From an uncultured Candidatus Saccharibacteria bacterium (GTDB lineage Bacteria; Patescibacteriota; Minisyncoccia; Phycocordibacterales; JAKAEA01): a stretch of DNA of 64,000 nucleotides. Below, in pieces: positions 28,713 to 38,865 of this stretch. Location of the stretch: assembly GCA_964520645.1 (NCBI GenBank), contig CAZFND010000002.1, positions 9,424 to 73,423 of the forward strand, written 5' to 3'. The notes beneath the pieces were generated by a model that had not been told where the DNA came from, searched no databases, and saw only the letters and a list, made by a program, of their open reading frames with translations. How positions within the stretch are numbered: the stretch's first letter is position 1; each line of letters starts with the position of its first letter. The position numbers and the translations under genes were made by a program.

Positions 28713-29714
28713 TTATCCAACTAAATGGGCAAACGAATACCCTGGCTCCCCTTGCCCAAAGACTATCCCCTGTAATTTAAAGTATAAATTTACTGCCTGG
28801 AAAATAACTCCAGTATCCGTTGCTACATCTTGATATCGCTTTACTGCAGCAAGTGTAATAACAGGATCCTTGAGGAGCTTAGCAAGACCTTGATCTACCT
28901 CTATTACCTGGCTGAAATTATTGAGGATATTTATGTGAAGTGATACCGCACTACTTGGAACAGGTACGGAGAGAAATCCCTTAAGCATATTTTGGTATGA
29001 TGTGATGATTGCATTTAGTTGGGCAATATCCTTTGGATCTTGGCTATCAACTGCGCGTTCAATAATAATCAATTCATTTTCAGGATTTTTGGGAGCGTTA
29101 GTCAAAATGACTTGGCCCATTGCATTGCCATATGCGCGAAGTGCATCAGCAGAATTTGAAGAATCGATTCTAAAATCTTTTTGGGTGTATGTTTTTGCAG
29201 ATGAAACACCAAATGTAGTTCGTCCGATGATATTTGCTGCTATTTCTTCTTGAATTTCAGGTGTAATGTTTCCACCAGTCTTGCGAAGACTCATATAGTC
29301 ACTAAATACTTCTCGAGCGAGTGCTTGAGTTGCTGTTTCATCTTTTGATGAAGTAGTTGTTGTGGCTGCAGTTGCAACAGTTGATCCCCCATTATTCTTA
29401 TCTTTAGGACCTTTTACAAGAGGGTTTCGCTCAGCTTTTATTTCTGCACCATCTGATGTGCCGTCTCCATCTGTGTCAGCCTTACGAGGATCTGTACCAA
29501 TGAGCACCTCTTCCCAGTCAGGAAGACCATCATTGTCTGAATCTTTTGTATTTACCTCAGTTTGAATATTATTTTCAGGAATTACTGAAAGAATTTGTTG
29601 TCGTGAACTTATTGTTGTAGATTTTGGAGAATAAAGAGCCGCAAAAACAATACCGCCTACTGCAGCCACACATGCAATAATGATTGGTATAATTTTTTTT
29701 GAAGGTAAGGCCAA
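28713..29714 (-). CDS. Membrane-anchored protein with Asp-rich Ca-binding (thrombospondin type 3-like) repeats
   Basis: DSDNDGLPDWEE..GTDP..ADTDGDGTSDG; N-terminal TM. Confidence 0.75.
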   Translation of the reverse strand: MALPSKKIIPIIIACVAAVGGIVFAALYSPKSTTISSRQQILSVIPENNIQTEVNTKDSDNDGLPDWEEVLIGTDPRKADTDGDGTSDGAEIKAERNPLVKGPKDKNNGGSTVATAATTTTSSKDETATQALAREVFSDYMSLRKTGGNITPEIQEEIAANIIGRTTFGVSSAKTYTQKDFRIDSSNSADALRAYGNAMGQVILTNAPKNPENELIIIERAVDSQDPKDIAQLNAIITSYQNMLKGFLSVPVPSSAVSLHINILNNFSQVIEVDQGLAKLLKDPVITLAAVKRYQDVATDTGVIFQAVNLYFKLQGIVFGQGEPGYSFAHLVG

Positions 29715-29796
29715 GGTATTGCAATACTATTTCCATATATTATAGCAGCTCATGGGGAAATGTTGTTAATTTCCTGGGGATAAATCGTGATATACT

Positions 29797-30900
29797 GTGG
29801 ACATGTATCGAAAAATTTATTTTTTCTACGGTGTGATTCTATTTTTCTTACTTTTTACGGGTTTTGCATCTATTGAGTCAGTGCATGCACAGGTTTCTTC
29901 AAATAATTTTCTATTTACTAGAAGTTTGAAGCTTGGAGACAATAACAATGATGTAATAATGCTTCAAAAAGTGTTAAACAGTAGCCCAGATACCCAGATT
30001 GCCTTCTCAGGAGTGGGGTCACCAGGCCAAGAAACTACTTATTTCGGCCTATTAACCCAACGAGCGGTCATAAAATTCCAAAATAAGTATGCTTCAGAAG
30101 TTCTTTTCCCCGGAGGGTTTGTGTCAGGAACTGGCTTTGTAGGGCCATTAACTATCAAAAAACTCAATAATGTATCAGGTATTTTTATTGTATCACAACA
30201 AAATAACCAAAATATACTTAATCCTAGACCTATTTTTGATATTTATAGTACAGATAAGAAAATCCAAGATGCTCAAATTTCGATAGTTCAACAAAACAAA
30301 AATACCCAAAATAAGCCCGATGTAAGCGCTATTTTTAATGATCTCTATAGAGTAGCCATCTATACACTCTCTAAATATAGTGGCGTAAGTGGTAGTACTT
30401 TCACGATAAACGGGGCTGGATTTGATACAAATGGCTCAAACACAGTGTATTTTGGTGGAACATACTCTATAAATGCGACAGTAGTAAATGAAAATGTACT
30501 TTTAGTAAAGATTCCACAAATTCCTGCAGGAAGATACGATCTAGCCGTAAAAAGTAGCTTTGGAATAAGTAATACTAAGTTTTTTGTTGTGACTACTCCC
30601 TCCTCGCCTCAGGTAAGTGTGGCTTCAATTAGCCCTAGTACCGTACGTTTTGGGGATACTATCACGGTAACTGGCGTAGGATTTACCACTAAAAACAATG
30701 AAATTCAAACTAATTTAGGAATTTTTAAGAATATCGGCTCTCCTGATAGCAAAACTATGACATTTACGTTTTCCCCAGAAGTTCTTAGAGATGCAATTGC
30801 AAGCGGAAGGAGTTATAATCAAACGATGAAAGTTACCCTCTATGTAGTAAATGATAATGGTATAACCGTTACCCCTCAATCTTTTAATGTTTCTTTTTAA
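29797..30900 (+). CDS. Peptidoglycan-binding domain + IPT/TIG domain protein
   Basis: LKLGDNNNDVIMLQKVLN..YFGLLTQRAVIKFQ..TGFVGPLT; INGAGF and VTGVGF TIG repeats. Confidence 0.8.
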   Translation: MDMYRKIYFFYGVILFFLLFTGFASIESVHAQVSSNNFLFTRSLKLGDNNNDVIMLQKVLNSSPDTQIAFSGVGSPGQETTYFGLLTQRAVIKFQNKYASEVLFPGGFVSGTGFVGPLTIKKLNNVSGIFIVSQQNNQNILNPRPIFDIYSTDKKIQDAQISIVQQNKNTQNKPDVSAIFNDLYRVAIYTLSKYSGVSGSTFTINGAGFDTNGSNTVYFGGTYSINATVVNENVLLVKIPQIPAGRYDLAVKSSFGISNTKFFVVTTPSSPQVSVASISPSTVRFGDTITVTGVGFTTKNNEIQTNLGIFKNIGSPDSKTMTFTFSPEVLRDAIASGRSYNQTMKVTLYVVNDNGITVTPQSFNVSF

Positions 30901-31285
30901 TTACATGCTCTTCCTTAATATCATTAAAAAATCATTTGTAGTAACGCTTATTACCCTATTTATCTTTTTCTTTAGTGTGGCTCCTGTATGGGCACAAGGT
31001 GTAAATCCATTCAATTTTGGTGGAATAGTAGCTTTTTCCTATCTTTGTACATGTTCACTCAATTGGGTTGTTACGATTGTTGGTCCTAAGCCTGCTATAT
31101 TGAGTTATTATTACACACCTCAATTTGCGAATTTTCAGCTTCCGCGTATGGGAGTATGGACATTAGGAACATACACACCTGGTGCTGTATGTCTTGATTG
31201 GTATCCCGGATTTCCACCTTTTTGTGCTCCTTCATGGATGGTTCCCTTTGGAACGATCTTACCTCTCGTAGGAACGAGTTTATAA
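30887..31285 (+). CDS. Small exported Cys-containing hypothetical protein
   Basis: Signal peptide, FGG..CTCS..C..C, C-terminal VGTS; start uncertain. Confidence 0.6.
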   Translation: MFLFNYMLFLNIIKKSFVVTLITLFIFFFSVAPVWAQGVNPFNFGGIVAFSYLCTCSLNWVVTIVGPKPAILSYYYTPQFANFQLPRMGVWTLGTYTPGAVCLDWYPGFPPFCAPSWMVPFGTILPLVGTSL

Positions 31286-32065
31286 AACTCTCGTTAATTC
31301 CTTCCACTTCTCAAGGGGCACATCTTCTGCTCGTGCTTTAGGCGAGATATTTAATTTCTCAAATAGTTCCAATAAGTTTTGATTGGGAAATAATTCTTTG
31401 ATATTCCCCATCAGCATTTTGCGTTTGTGGGCAAATCCTTCTTTAATAAGTGTGAAGAATTTTTCTTCTGAAATATCAGTGAAGAAATCTTTTGAAATAT
31501 TTTCTATTAATAAAATAGCGGAATCAACATTTGGTTCTGGAGAGAAATATTTTGCTTTAACTGTTTTTATATATTTAGGTTTTCCATATGCTTTCACACT
31601 TAATGAAAGAATACTTTCTTTTTCATCACGTGCCACTATTCTTTCGGCTACTTCTTTTTGAACTAAAAGCACCATGCGAGAAGGTTGATGCATTTCAGTC
31701 AGAAACTTTCTTAAAAGTACTCCCGTAATATAGTACGGAATATTCGCTGCTAATTTGTAAGTATAAGAATACTGACTGAGTAATGAATCCAAATCTATTT
31801 CAAGAATATCTCCAGAAATTAATTCTAACTTTTTTTGTTCTATCTCTACTTTGAATTTTTCTTGAAGAATAGGTATAAGTTCTTCATCTTTTTCCACGGC
31901 AATTACCTTCCCTGCTTGAGCGAGCAAGACTTCGGTAAGTGCTCCTTTACCTGGTCCAATTTCTAGAACTACATCTGAGCCAGTAAGCTTCGCTGCGTCT
32001 TGAATAAGTCTGAGGGCTTCTTTTGATTTTAGAAAATTCTGACCGAGAGATTTTTTTGCGTACAT
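31280..32065 (-). CDS. rsmA: 16S rRNA adenine dimethyltransferase RsmA/KsgA
   Basis: KKSLGQNFL, EIGPGKG, ANIPYYIT, QKEVAER. Confidence 0.97.
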   Translation of the reverse strand: MYAKKSLGQNFLKSKEALRLIQDAAKLTGSDVVLEIGPGKGALTEVLLAQAGKVIAVEKDEELIPILQEKFKVEIEQKKLELISGDILEIDLDSLLSQYSYTYKLAANIPYYITGVLLRKFLTEMHQPSRMVLLVQKEVAERIVARDEKESILSLSVKAYGKPKYIKTVKAKYFSPEPNVDSAILLIENISKDFFTDISEEKFFTLIKEGFAHKRKMLMGNIKELFPNQNLLELFEKLNISPKARAEDVPLEKWKELTRVL

Positions 32066-32066
32066 G

Positions 32067-34016
32067 TTAGTCGAAATAAATAGTCTTTAAGCTTGTGCGT
32101 CGACTATTCTTTTTTGTTTCAGCTTCAACAAGTTCATCATCCATTTCCACCATAAATTCTGAAGGAAGATTCATTTGCTTTGAACCAAAGATAGTTCGCA
32201 TACCTGCATATGTCAAGAATAACTTTTTGCGAGCACGAGTGAGTGCAACATAAAAGAGTCGGCGTTCTTCCTCGGTGTCTGTATTCTTATTGTTGTCTCC
32301 CATTCGCTGATGAGGGAAAAGATTTTCTTCAAGCCCAGTAATAAATACGTAATCAAATTCAAGACCCTTGGCTGCATGTACGGTCATAAGCTTTACTGCA
32401 TCTTGGTTCTTAATGAGAGAATCTTGATCGGTAGCAAGTGCGGCATCAGCTAACAAGCTCTCAATACCTTCTTGTGGAGTGAGACCATCATATTTTGTGG
32501 CAAGAGTTACGAGTTCCTTACTGTTTTCTATTCGCTCCAAATCTTCTTCAGTTCCCAACTTTTTGAATGACTCTTCGATACCAGTTGCTTTAATAATAAA
32601 CTTTATTGTCTCACTTGGTTTGCTCTTCTCACTTATTTCTTTTATTGAATTCAATATAGTATAAAAATCATCTATCTTTTTCTTTGTTCCAGCAGGAAGT
32701 GTGTCTTTCTGATCAGAAAGAACTTTTAAGAGTGTAACTTTCCCAATACCTCGTGCAGGTACGTTAATAACACGTTTAATATCAGATAGTGATTCAGGAT
32801 TGAGTGCTGCACGAAGATACGAAAGAATATCTTTTACTTCTTTTCGTTCAAAAAATCGTACACCAAGTACTTGATGTGGAAGACTGTGCGTGAGCAATGC
32901 TTCTTCAAGAACACGAGACTGGAAGTTGGCTCGGTACAAAATAGCGATTTCTCGAGGTGACACTCCTTTTTTAATTAATTCCTCTGTTTTTTCGGCAATA
33001 AAGTCTGCTTCTTCTGCTTCATCGTATCCCGTGAAGACACCGATCTTTTCTCCCTCTCCGTTTTTTGTGAACAGTTTTTTCTCACGTCTCATCTTATTCT
33101 TCTCGATGATTCGGTTGGCTGCGGTAAGAATTGTTTGGGTTGAGCGATAATTTTCTTCAAGTAAAATCACTTTTGCTTCTGGATAATCTTTTTCAAAGTT
33201 AAGAATATTTTGAATATCAGCACCTCGCCATGAATAGATCATCTGATCGATATCCCCCACTACACAAATATTGCGTTCTTTTTTTGCCAACAATTTTGCA
33301 ATACTATATTGCACTTTGTTTGTATCTTGATATTCATCGATGTGAATGTATTTCCAAATATTTTGATAATGAGTGAGAACTTCTTCGTTGTCACGCAAAA
33401 GAATAACTGTCTTTAATAGTAAATCATCAAAATCAAGGGCTTTTTCTTTCTTAAGTGCCATTTCATATTTCTGCCAAATGTCTGCCACAATTCTCTGGAA
33501 ATATTGATTCCCTACTTTTGCTGCATATGAGCCTGCTGTTTCGAGATTTCCTTTTTCTCGAGAAATAGTATTGAGTATTTTCCCTGGTTCAAATTGCTTT
33601 GGATCAAGACCTGCTTCCTCAACTGCTTCTTTTACAGCTCGCTTAGAATCATTACGATCAAAAATAGCAAAGTGTCGAGGAAGACCAAGTACATGGGCAT
33701 TCTCCTTAATAATGTGTACTCCAAGAGAGTGGAAAGTACTTAAGAATGGTCGCTCATTGAAAGAGATAGGAAGATTGAGTTCTTTATCATCTTCCATAAG
33801 CTTTTCTACACGCTCACGCATTTCTTTCGCCGCTTTATTCGTAAATGTAATTGCAAGAATATTTTTTGGCTCAACTCCGTCCTTGATAAGTGAGAGGATT
33901 CGGTGAGTTACGGTTTTTGTCTTCCCAGCTCCTGCTCCAGCAAGAATAAGAAGCGGTCCATTCTTATGAATGACCGCTTCTTGCTGCTGCTGATTTAACC
34001 CTTCGAGATATTTCAC
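32067..34016 (-). CDS. pcrA: ATP-dependent DNA helicase PcrA/UvrD
   Basis: AGAGAGKT, DEYQD, NYRS, TVHAAKGLEF, EERRLFYVALTRA. Confidence 0.95.
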   Translation of the reverse strand: MKYLEGLNQQQQEAVIHKNGPLLILAGAGAGKTKTVTHRILSLIKDGVEPKNILAITFTNKAAKEMRERVEKLMEDDKELNLPISFNERPFLSTFHSLGVHIIKENAHVLGLPRHFAIFDRNDSKRAVKEAVEEAGLDPKQFEPGKILNTISREKGNLETAGSYAAKVGNQYFQRIVADIWQKYEMALKKEKALDFDDLLLKTVILLRDNEEVLTHYQNIWKYIHIDEYQDTNKVQYSIAKLLAKKERNICVVGDIDQMIYSWRGADIQNILNFEKDYPEAKVILLEENYRSTQTILTAANRIIEKNKMRREKKLFTKNGEGEKIGVFTGYDEAEEADFIAEKTEELIKKGVSPREIAILYRANFQSRVLEEALLTHSLPHQVLGVRFFERKEVKDILSYLRAALNPESLSDIKRVINVPARGIGKVTLLKVLSDQKDTLPAGTKKKIDDFYTILNSIKEISEKSKPSETIKFIIKATGIEESFKKLGTEEDLERIENSKELVTLATKYDGLTPQEGIESLLADAALATDQDSLIKNQDAVKLMTVHAAKGLEFDYVFITGLEENLFPHQRMGDNNKNTDTEEERRLFYVALTRARKKLFLTYAGMRTIFGSKQMNLPSEFMVEMDDELVEAETKKNSRRTSLKTIYFD

Positions 34017-34035
34017 TCAAACACTATATCACCAC

Positions 34036-34569
34036 TTATTTAAAAGACAAAAATGTGGATTTTTTTACGGCAAAAAGAGTAAAAAATTGAATAACTCTCA
34101 CCAAAAATCTAGAAAATGTAGATGATTCTTGTGGTGTAAGGATTGCTCGGCCGACTTCGGTTTTTGTAATATCAATTTTTTCTTCTGCCACAACCTGACT
34201 TTTTTCAATTTCTATCACAGGAGCTCGAAGTGTTGCTTCGTAGTCGTTAAAAAATGTATTATCCTGGCGAATTTCTTCTTGGAGTTCTTTTGGAAGTGGA
34301 ACTACAGGAGTTTTTTCTAGAAGGAGCTCTAATTGAAGTTTGCGGATATCGAGTTTGCGAATTTCATTTTCTAGAGCTGCTCGCTTGGTCTTTGTTCTCT
34401 TTTTTTGTTCAAGTTCCTTAATGAGTGCTTTTGTTTCATGAATTTTGTGCTGAAGGTCTGCCAATTCACGTTCAAACTCTGTCCAATGTTCAAGTACGTC
34501 CTCTTTTTTTACTTTTAATTCTTTAAATTTGGTGACCATGTGATGCGAGATATTCTTATTCTCTATCAT
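34036..34569 (-). CDS. Coiled-coil hypothetical protein
   Basis: Heptad-rich Lys/Glu N-half; fills the gap in operon orientation. Confidence 0.6.
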   Translation of the reverse strand: MIENKNISHHMVTKFKELKVKKEDVLEHWTEFERELADLQHKIHETKALIKELEQKKRTKTKRAALENEIRKLDIRKLQLELLLEKTPVVPLPKELQEEIRQDNTFFNDYEATLRAPVIEIEKSQVVAEEKIDITKTEVGRAILTPQESSTFSRFLVRVIQFFTLFAVKKSTFLSFK

Positions 34570-34688
34570 ACTCTATTTTTTATTTTTTGTGGAAGTCATT
34601 TTTTATCCCCAAGGGTGTGGATAGCAGTCGATTGACATAAGATTCTCATAGTTTATAGTTACTGAGTCATCTAATTTTCGATGACTCA

Positions 34689-35846
34689 GTGCAAATTCCG
34701 ACCGCTTTTTTATGGCTTAATGAAGCCATTTTATACCGACACACTGTTTTATCCCTTAAAATTAGGCTTATTTTACGCATTCCCCAGGATCCTAAGCAGT
34801 CTGTTCAAAAATCTTCGACTGTTTGGGTGATAAAAGTGATATTTATAGGGCTTTTTACGGTCCAGATGAGTATACCGCATACCGTAGAAGCTAGTATTAT
34901 ATCTATAATTAGCCATATATTCTCCCCTACGACTGTAGCGGCTGAGGAGAGTAATGGTGATACTTCCCAAAAAATGGCTCTATTAGAGGCTCCTGTTAAC
35001 CCTACCGCTACTGGAAGTATCCCTTCTCCTAAGGTAAGTGTAGTGGATAATGCCCTTATGCCAGAAGGAGTAGTGCCGCCTACTGCTGCTATTTCTCATA
35101 CTCATGAAGATGATAGTGAAAGTAATGCTATTACTACCTATACCGTAAAAGCAGGAGATAATATCTCTACAATAGCCGAAAATAACGGTATTTCTATAAA
35201 CACTATACTCTGGGCGAATAATTTAAAGAGAGACGTTACTCTTAAGGTAGGTCAAAAGCTCGTTATCCTACCTATTTCAGGTATTAGTCATAAAATAGTA
35301 TCAGGAGATACCCTTCAGGCTATTGCTATCAAATATCATGGTGATGCAGCAGAAATTGCGGCATACAACGATATCGTAGACAGTAAACTTCAAATTGGGG
35401 ATATTATTGTTATCCCTGATGGTGAACCTCTCGCAAAACCATCAACAGGTATTAGTGTTACTACTCCTGTTTCAAATATATCTAATTCTGGATATTACAT
35501 CCGCCCTATCAAAGGTGGTACAAAGACGCAGGGTATTCATGGAAGTAATGCTGTCGACTTAGCAGATGCCTGTGGAACGCCTATTTATGCAGCAGCAGCT
35601 GGAAATGTGATGATTAGTAAGAGTAGTGGATTGTGGGATGGTGGCTACGGTAACTATGTAGTAATTAGTCACCCTAATGGTTCTCAGACCCTATACGCTC
35701 ACATGACCAAGGCGATCGTAAGTGAAGGTGACTCTGTAACTCAAGGCCAAATGATAGGTACTATTGGTGCAACAGGTAAAGTAGCTGGTGCTACAGGATG
35801 CCACGTTCACTTTGAGATTAGAAACGGTGGTAGAAATCCTTTCTAG
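34689..35846 (+). CDS. LysM x2 + M23 peptidase
   Basis: YTVKAGD and HKIVSGDTL LysM domains; H..AVD and HVHFE M23 motifs; start uncertain. Confidence 0.9.
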   Translation: MQIPTAFLWLNEAILYRHTVLSLKIRLILRIPQDPKQSVQKSSTVWVIKVIFIGLFTVQMSIPHTVEASIISIISHIFSPTTVAAEESNGDTSQKMALLEAPVNPTATGSIPSPKVSVVDNALMPEGVVPPTAAISHTHEDDSESNAITTYTVKAGDNISTIAENNGISINTILWANNLKRDVTLKVGQKLVILPISGISHKIVSGDTLQAIAIKYHGDAAEIAAYNDIVDSKLQIGDIIVIPDGEPLAKPSTGISVTTPVSNISNSGYYIRPIKGGTKTQGIHGSNAVDLADACGTPIYAAAAGNVMISKSSGLWDGGYGNYVVISHPNGSQTLYAHMTKAIVSEGDSVTQGQMIGTIGATGKVAGATGCHVHFEIRNGGRNPF

Positions 35847-37411
35847 CCAATTCTTTTCGGTCTATATTGCAGGGCTTCGAGGATCGCCGTGCTATCAATA
35901 ATGTCTTTTCCGCTCAAATCAGCAATGGTTTGAGCTAATTTCATAATACGGTGATGGGCTCTTCCAGATAAATTGAGCTTTTCAGATGATGTATTGAGTA
36001 TTTGTTTTGCTTCGGTCTCCATATTGATATAGCGAGATATCTCTTTTGCATTCATTTCGCTATTAAGAGTAATCTTACGGTGATTATCTTTGAATCGTTC
36101 TAATTGTCTAGATCGAGCTTTTTCGATGCGCTCACGTATTTGCGCAGTATTTTCTCCTGAAGATACTTTCTCAGTAAGTGCCGAGTGCTTTACTGCTGAC
36201 ACTTCTGTCCATAAATCGATTCTATCTATAACTGGCCCTGATATTTTGCGCTGATACTGGGCAATACGCAGGCTTGTGCAGGTGCAATCCTTTTGAGTAC
36301 TACCATAGTAGCCACACGGGCATGGATTCATGGCTACGACGAGGATAACATGTGCCGGAAACGTCGATGTTCCTCGTGCTCGAGAAATAGTTACTACCCT
36401 ATCTTCGAGTGGCTGGCGAAGTGAATCGATGACCAACCGATTGAATTCGGGAAATTCATCCATGAATAATACTCCCCGATGGGCCAGGGTAATTTCGCCG
36501 GGCTTTGGAAATGTTCCTCCACCTACTATAGAAATGTAGGATGATGTGTGATGGGGAGATCGAAATGGTGGATCAGTTACCAAATCATCTTTTAATATTC
36601 CTGCTACTGAGTGGATGGAGGTAACTTCAAGCACTTCTTCAAATGAAAGATGTGGAAGAAGATGGCAAAATGCTTTTGCGAGCATAGTCTTTCCTGTCCC
36701 TGGTGGGCCGTACATAGCAATGTTGTGTCCGCCGGCCGCTGCTATCTCCAATCCCCGCTTTGCTCCCTCCTGCCCATAGATATCACTAAAGTCGACATCT
36801 ATTTGTTTTGAAACATAATTAATTTCTGTTATTTCTTGAGGAGTAATTTTTAATCGTTCTTTTGGCTCCTGACCTTCTTTAACACGCTCTTTCTTTTCAT
36901 TAATGTGATCAATAATTTCTGTCAGTGTATGCGCGCCATATATAGTAATTCCTGAAATAAGTGCAGCTTCACGAGCGTTTTCTATTGGCAAAAACAGTTC
37001 GGTAAAGCCTGCCTTTACAGCTTCACGTGCGAGAGGTAGGACTCCCGTAATTGGTCTCAATTCTCCATCAAGTGAAAGTTCTCCCAAGAATAATTTTTTC
37101 TCTGGGTCGAAACGAATTTCATCTGAAGCAGCTAAGTATGACAGTGCGATCGGAACATCAAAGTGTGGACCTTCTTTCTTAATATCAGCAGGAGCAAGAG
37201 AAATAATTACTTTTTGATTCTTACTCTTCGGAGAGACATATCCCGAATTTTTGATTGCAGCAGAGACTCTGTCTCGGGATTCTTCTACAGCTTTGTCAGG
37301 TAGCCCAACAATTGTAAACGAATGTAGACCTCGTGAGAGGTCTACTTCAATAGAAATAATGGTTGCTCTAACAAGATTTGCTTGTGCACTATATACTTTT
37401 GAAAAGCTCAT
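35843..37411 (-). CDS. comM: ComM/YifB Mg-chelatase-like AAA+ helicase
   Basis: IVGLPDKAVEESRDRV, GPPGTGKT, PFRSPHH, MNPCPCG, RKISGPVIDRID; start at ATG 37411. Confidence 0.95.
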   Translation of the reverse strand: MSFSKVYSAQANLVRATIISIEVDLSRGLHSFTIVGLPDKAVEESRDRVSAAIKNSGYVSPKSKNQKVIISLAPADIKKEGPHFDVPIALSYLAASDEIRFDPEKKLFLGELSLDGELRPITGVLPLAREAVKAGFTELFLPIENAREAALISGITIYGAHTLTEIIDHINEKKERVKEGQEPKERLKITPQEITEINYVSKQIDVDFSDIYGQEGAKRGLEIAAAGGHNIAMYGPPGTGKTMLAKAFCHLLPHLSFEEVLEVTSIHSVAGILKDDLVTDPPFRSPHHTSSYISIVGGGTFPKPGEITLAHRGVLFMDEFPEFNRLVIDSLRQPLEDRVVTISRARGTSTFPAHVILVVAMNPCPCGYYGSTQKDCTCTSLRIAQYQRKISGPVIDRIDLWTEVSAVKHSALTEKVSSGENTAQIRERIEKARSRQLERFKDNHRKITLNSEMNAKEISRYINMETEAKQILNTSSEKLNLSGRAHHRIMKLAQTIADLSGKDIIDSTAILEALQYRPKRIG

Positions 37412-37461
37412 GTCTAAAGTATAGAACAGGAGACATGAAGAGAACTTCAAGAAAAAATCAA

Positions 37462-37818
37462 TTATTTCTTCATATGCTCTTTGCAGGTAGGAGCTGCAGG
37501 ATTGGCTTCAAGCCGGTCTTGTTCGATTTGTTTATTGCACACTTCACACAATCCATAGGTATTGGTATCTATTTTTGTGAGTGCAGCATCAATTTCTCGG
37601 AGGCGAGTTTCGAGCTGAGTCACAAGTGCAGTATTTTCTTCGTAAGATTCAATACGGTCTGCTGTTTCATTTTCATCGGGAAGGTCGGTTTCCATATCTC
37701 CAGGCACTGCTACCCAATTTTCTGGATCCTTTGCATCTTTGATAATGCCAACTCCCTTTAATTCACTAATAACTAACGCTCGTTCTTCTTCAAGTTTCTT
37801 TTTGAAAGGTGTATTCAT
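37462..37818 (-). CDS. TraR/DksA C4-type zinc finger protein
   Basis: Coiled coil with DENETA tip; YGLCEVC...RLEANPAA.TCKEH. Confidence 0.88.
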   Translation of the reverse strand: MNTPFKKKLEEERALVISELKGVGIIKDAKDPENWVAVPGDMETDLPDENETADRIESYEENTALVTQLETRLREIDAALTKIDTNTYGLCEVCNKQIEQDRLEANPAAPTCKEHMKK

Positions 37819-37853
37819 GCCTCACATGATAGCAAGTCCCCTTGGTAATGCAA

Positions 37854-38837
37854 CTATCGGCTGTATTGAGATGTAATAAGTCGAGTAAATACTTCTTTGA
37901 GTGTGGCTTCGTTGGTCGTTATAACAATAGTTTGTTTGTCGGGAAGTGAGTACATGAGTATTGGCTGCTGACTAGCATTTTTGAGTACACGTACATCTTT
38001 GTTTTGGACGACAAGGTCAGAAAATGTTGATGAAGCTTCTGGTGCAAAGCTCCACAAATCTTTACTGATTGTTTTTTCCCATGCTACCATCCCAGCAAAT
38101 GCATTTTCGTATGACGATGTTTTTAAAATAATAAATGGTTGAGGATTTGTCTGAAGCTGAAGTCCCATAACATATTCAGGCGTAAGTGATCGAATAAGTG
38201 CTGAGGGCATGTTTGTATAAAGTCGTGTAGCAATATCTTGTCCTCCGAGTGCCATTTTTGTTCCTGAAGTAGTGCTTGCAACAAAGAAGTTGAATCGTAT
38301 CAATCCGTTTGATCCTCCTTTTTGTTCGGCTTTTTGATCAGAAATAATTTGTTGAATGGACTTTTGATTGTCTACCGTAACATCCAGAAATTGTTCTGTT
38401 GCCAGAATCGTACTCACATTTGTAAGTGGTGGAGGTGGTGTTGGTTTACGAAATTGTATGAGTAAAAATGCACCAAATCCTGCAATACCAGCAAGTACTA
38501 ATATGCCACTTAAAAAGAGAATAGATATATTCTTTTTATCATCTTCAGGTTTGAGATTTACTGGCTTTGGATGAGCCTGTTGTTCTGCAACGGCTACTTT
38601 TGTTACCGAAACATTATTTTGAGTTACAACTTCTGCAATATCACTTTGGTAGGTGCGAAGATTTTTTATGATATGTTCTGAGTGTAAATCTTCTATTGAA
38701 TCATGTATTGATGCATGGGGAGCTTGAGGAATAACATTTGAAGCCTCAAGTGTATTGAGTGCATTTCCATTTACATCAACTGTTGGATAGAGTGGCTTAC
38801 CGGCAATACCATTTGGATTTTGTTTTTGTTCATCCAT
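37854..38837 (-). CDS. Single-TM hypothetical protein
   Basis: LRTYQSDI motif, central TM, AFAGMVAWE and NKDVRVL motifs. Confidence 0.7.
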   Translation of the reverse strand: MDEQKQNPNGIAGKPLYPTVDVNGNALNTLEASNVIPQAPHASIHDSIEDLHSEHIIKNLRTYQSDIAEVVTQNNVSVTKVAVAEQQAHPKPVNLKPEDDKKNISILFLSGILVLAGIAGFGAFLLIQFRKPTPPPPLTNVSTILATEQFLDVTVDNQKSIQQIISDQKAEQKGGSNGLIRFNFFVASTTSGTKMALGGQDIATRLYTNMPSALIRSLTPEYVMGLQLQTNPQPFIILKTSSYENAFAGMVAWEKTISKDLWSFAPEASSTFSDLVVQNKDVRVLKNASQQPILMYSLPDKQTIVITTNEATLKEVFTRLITSQYSR

Positions 38838-38865
38838 AGTCCACTTTACTATACCACGATCTTGC

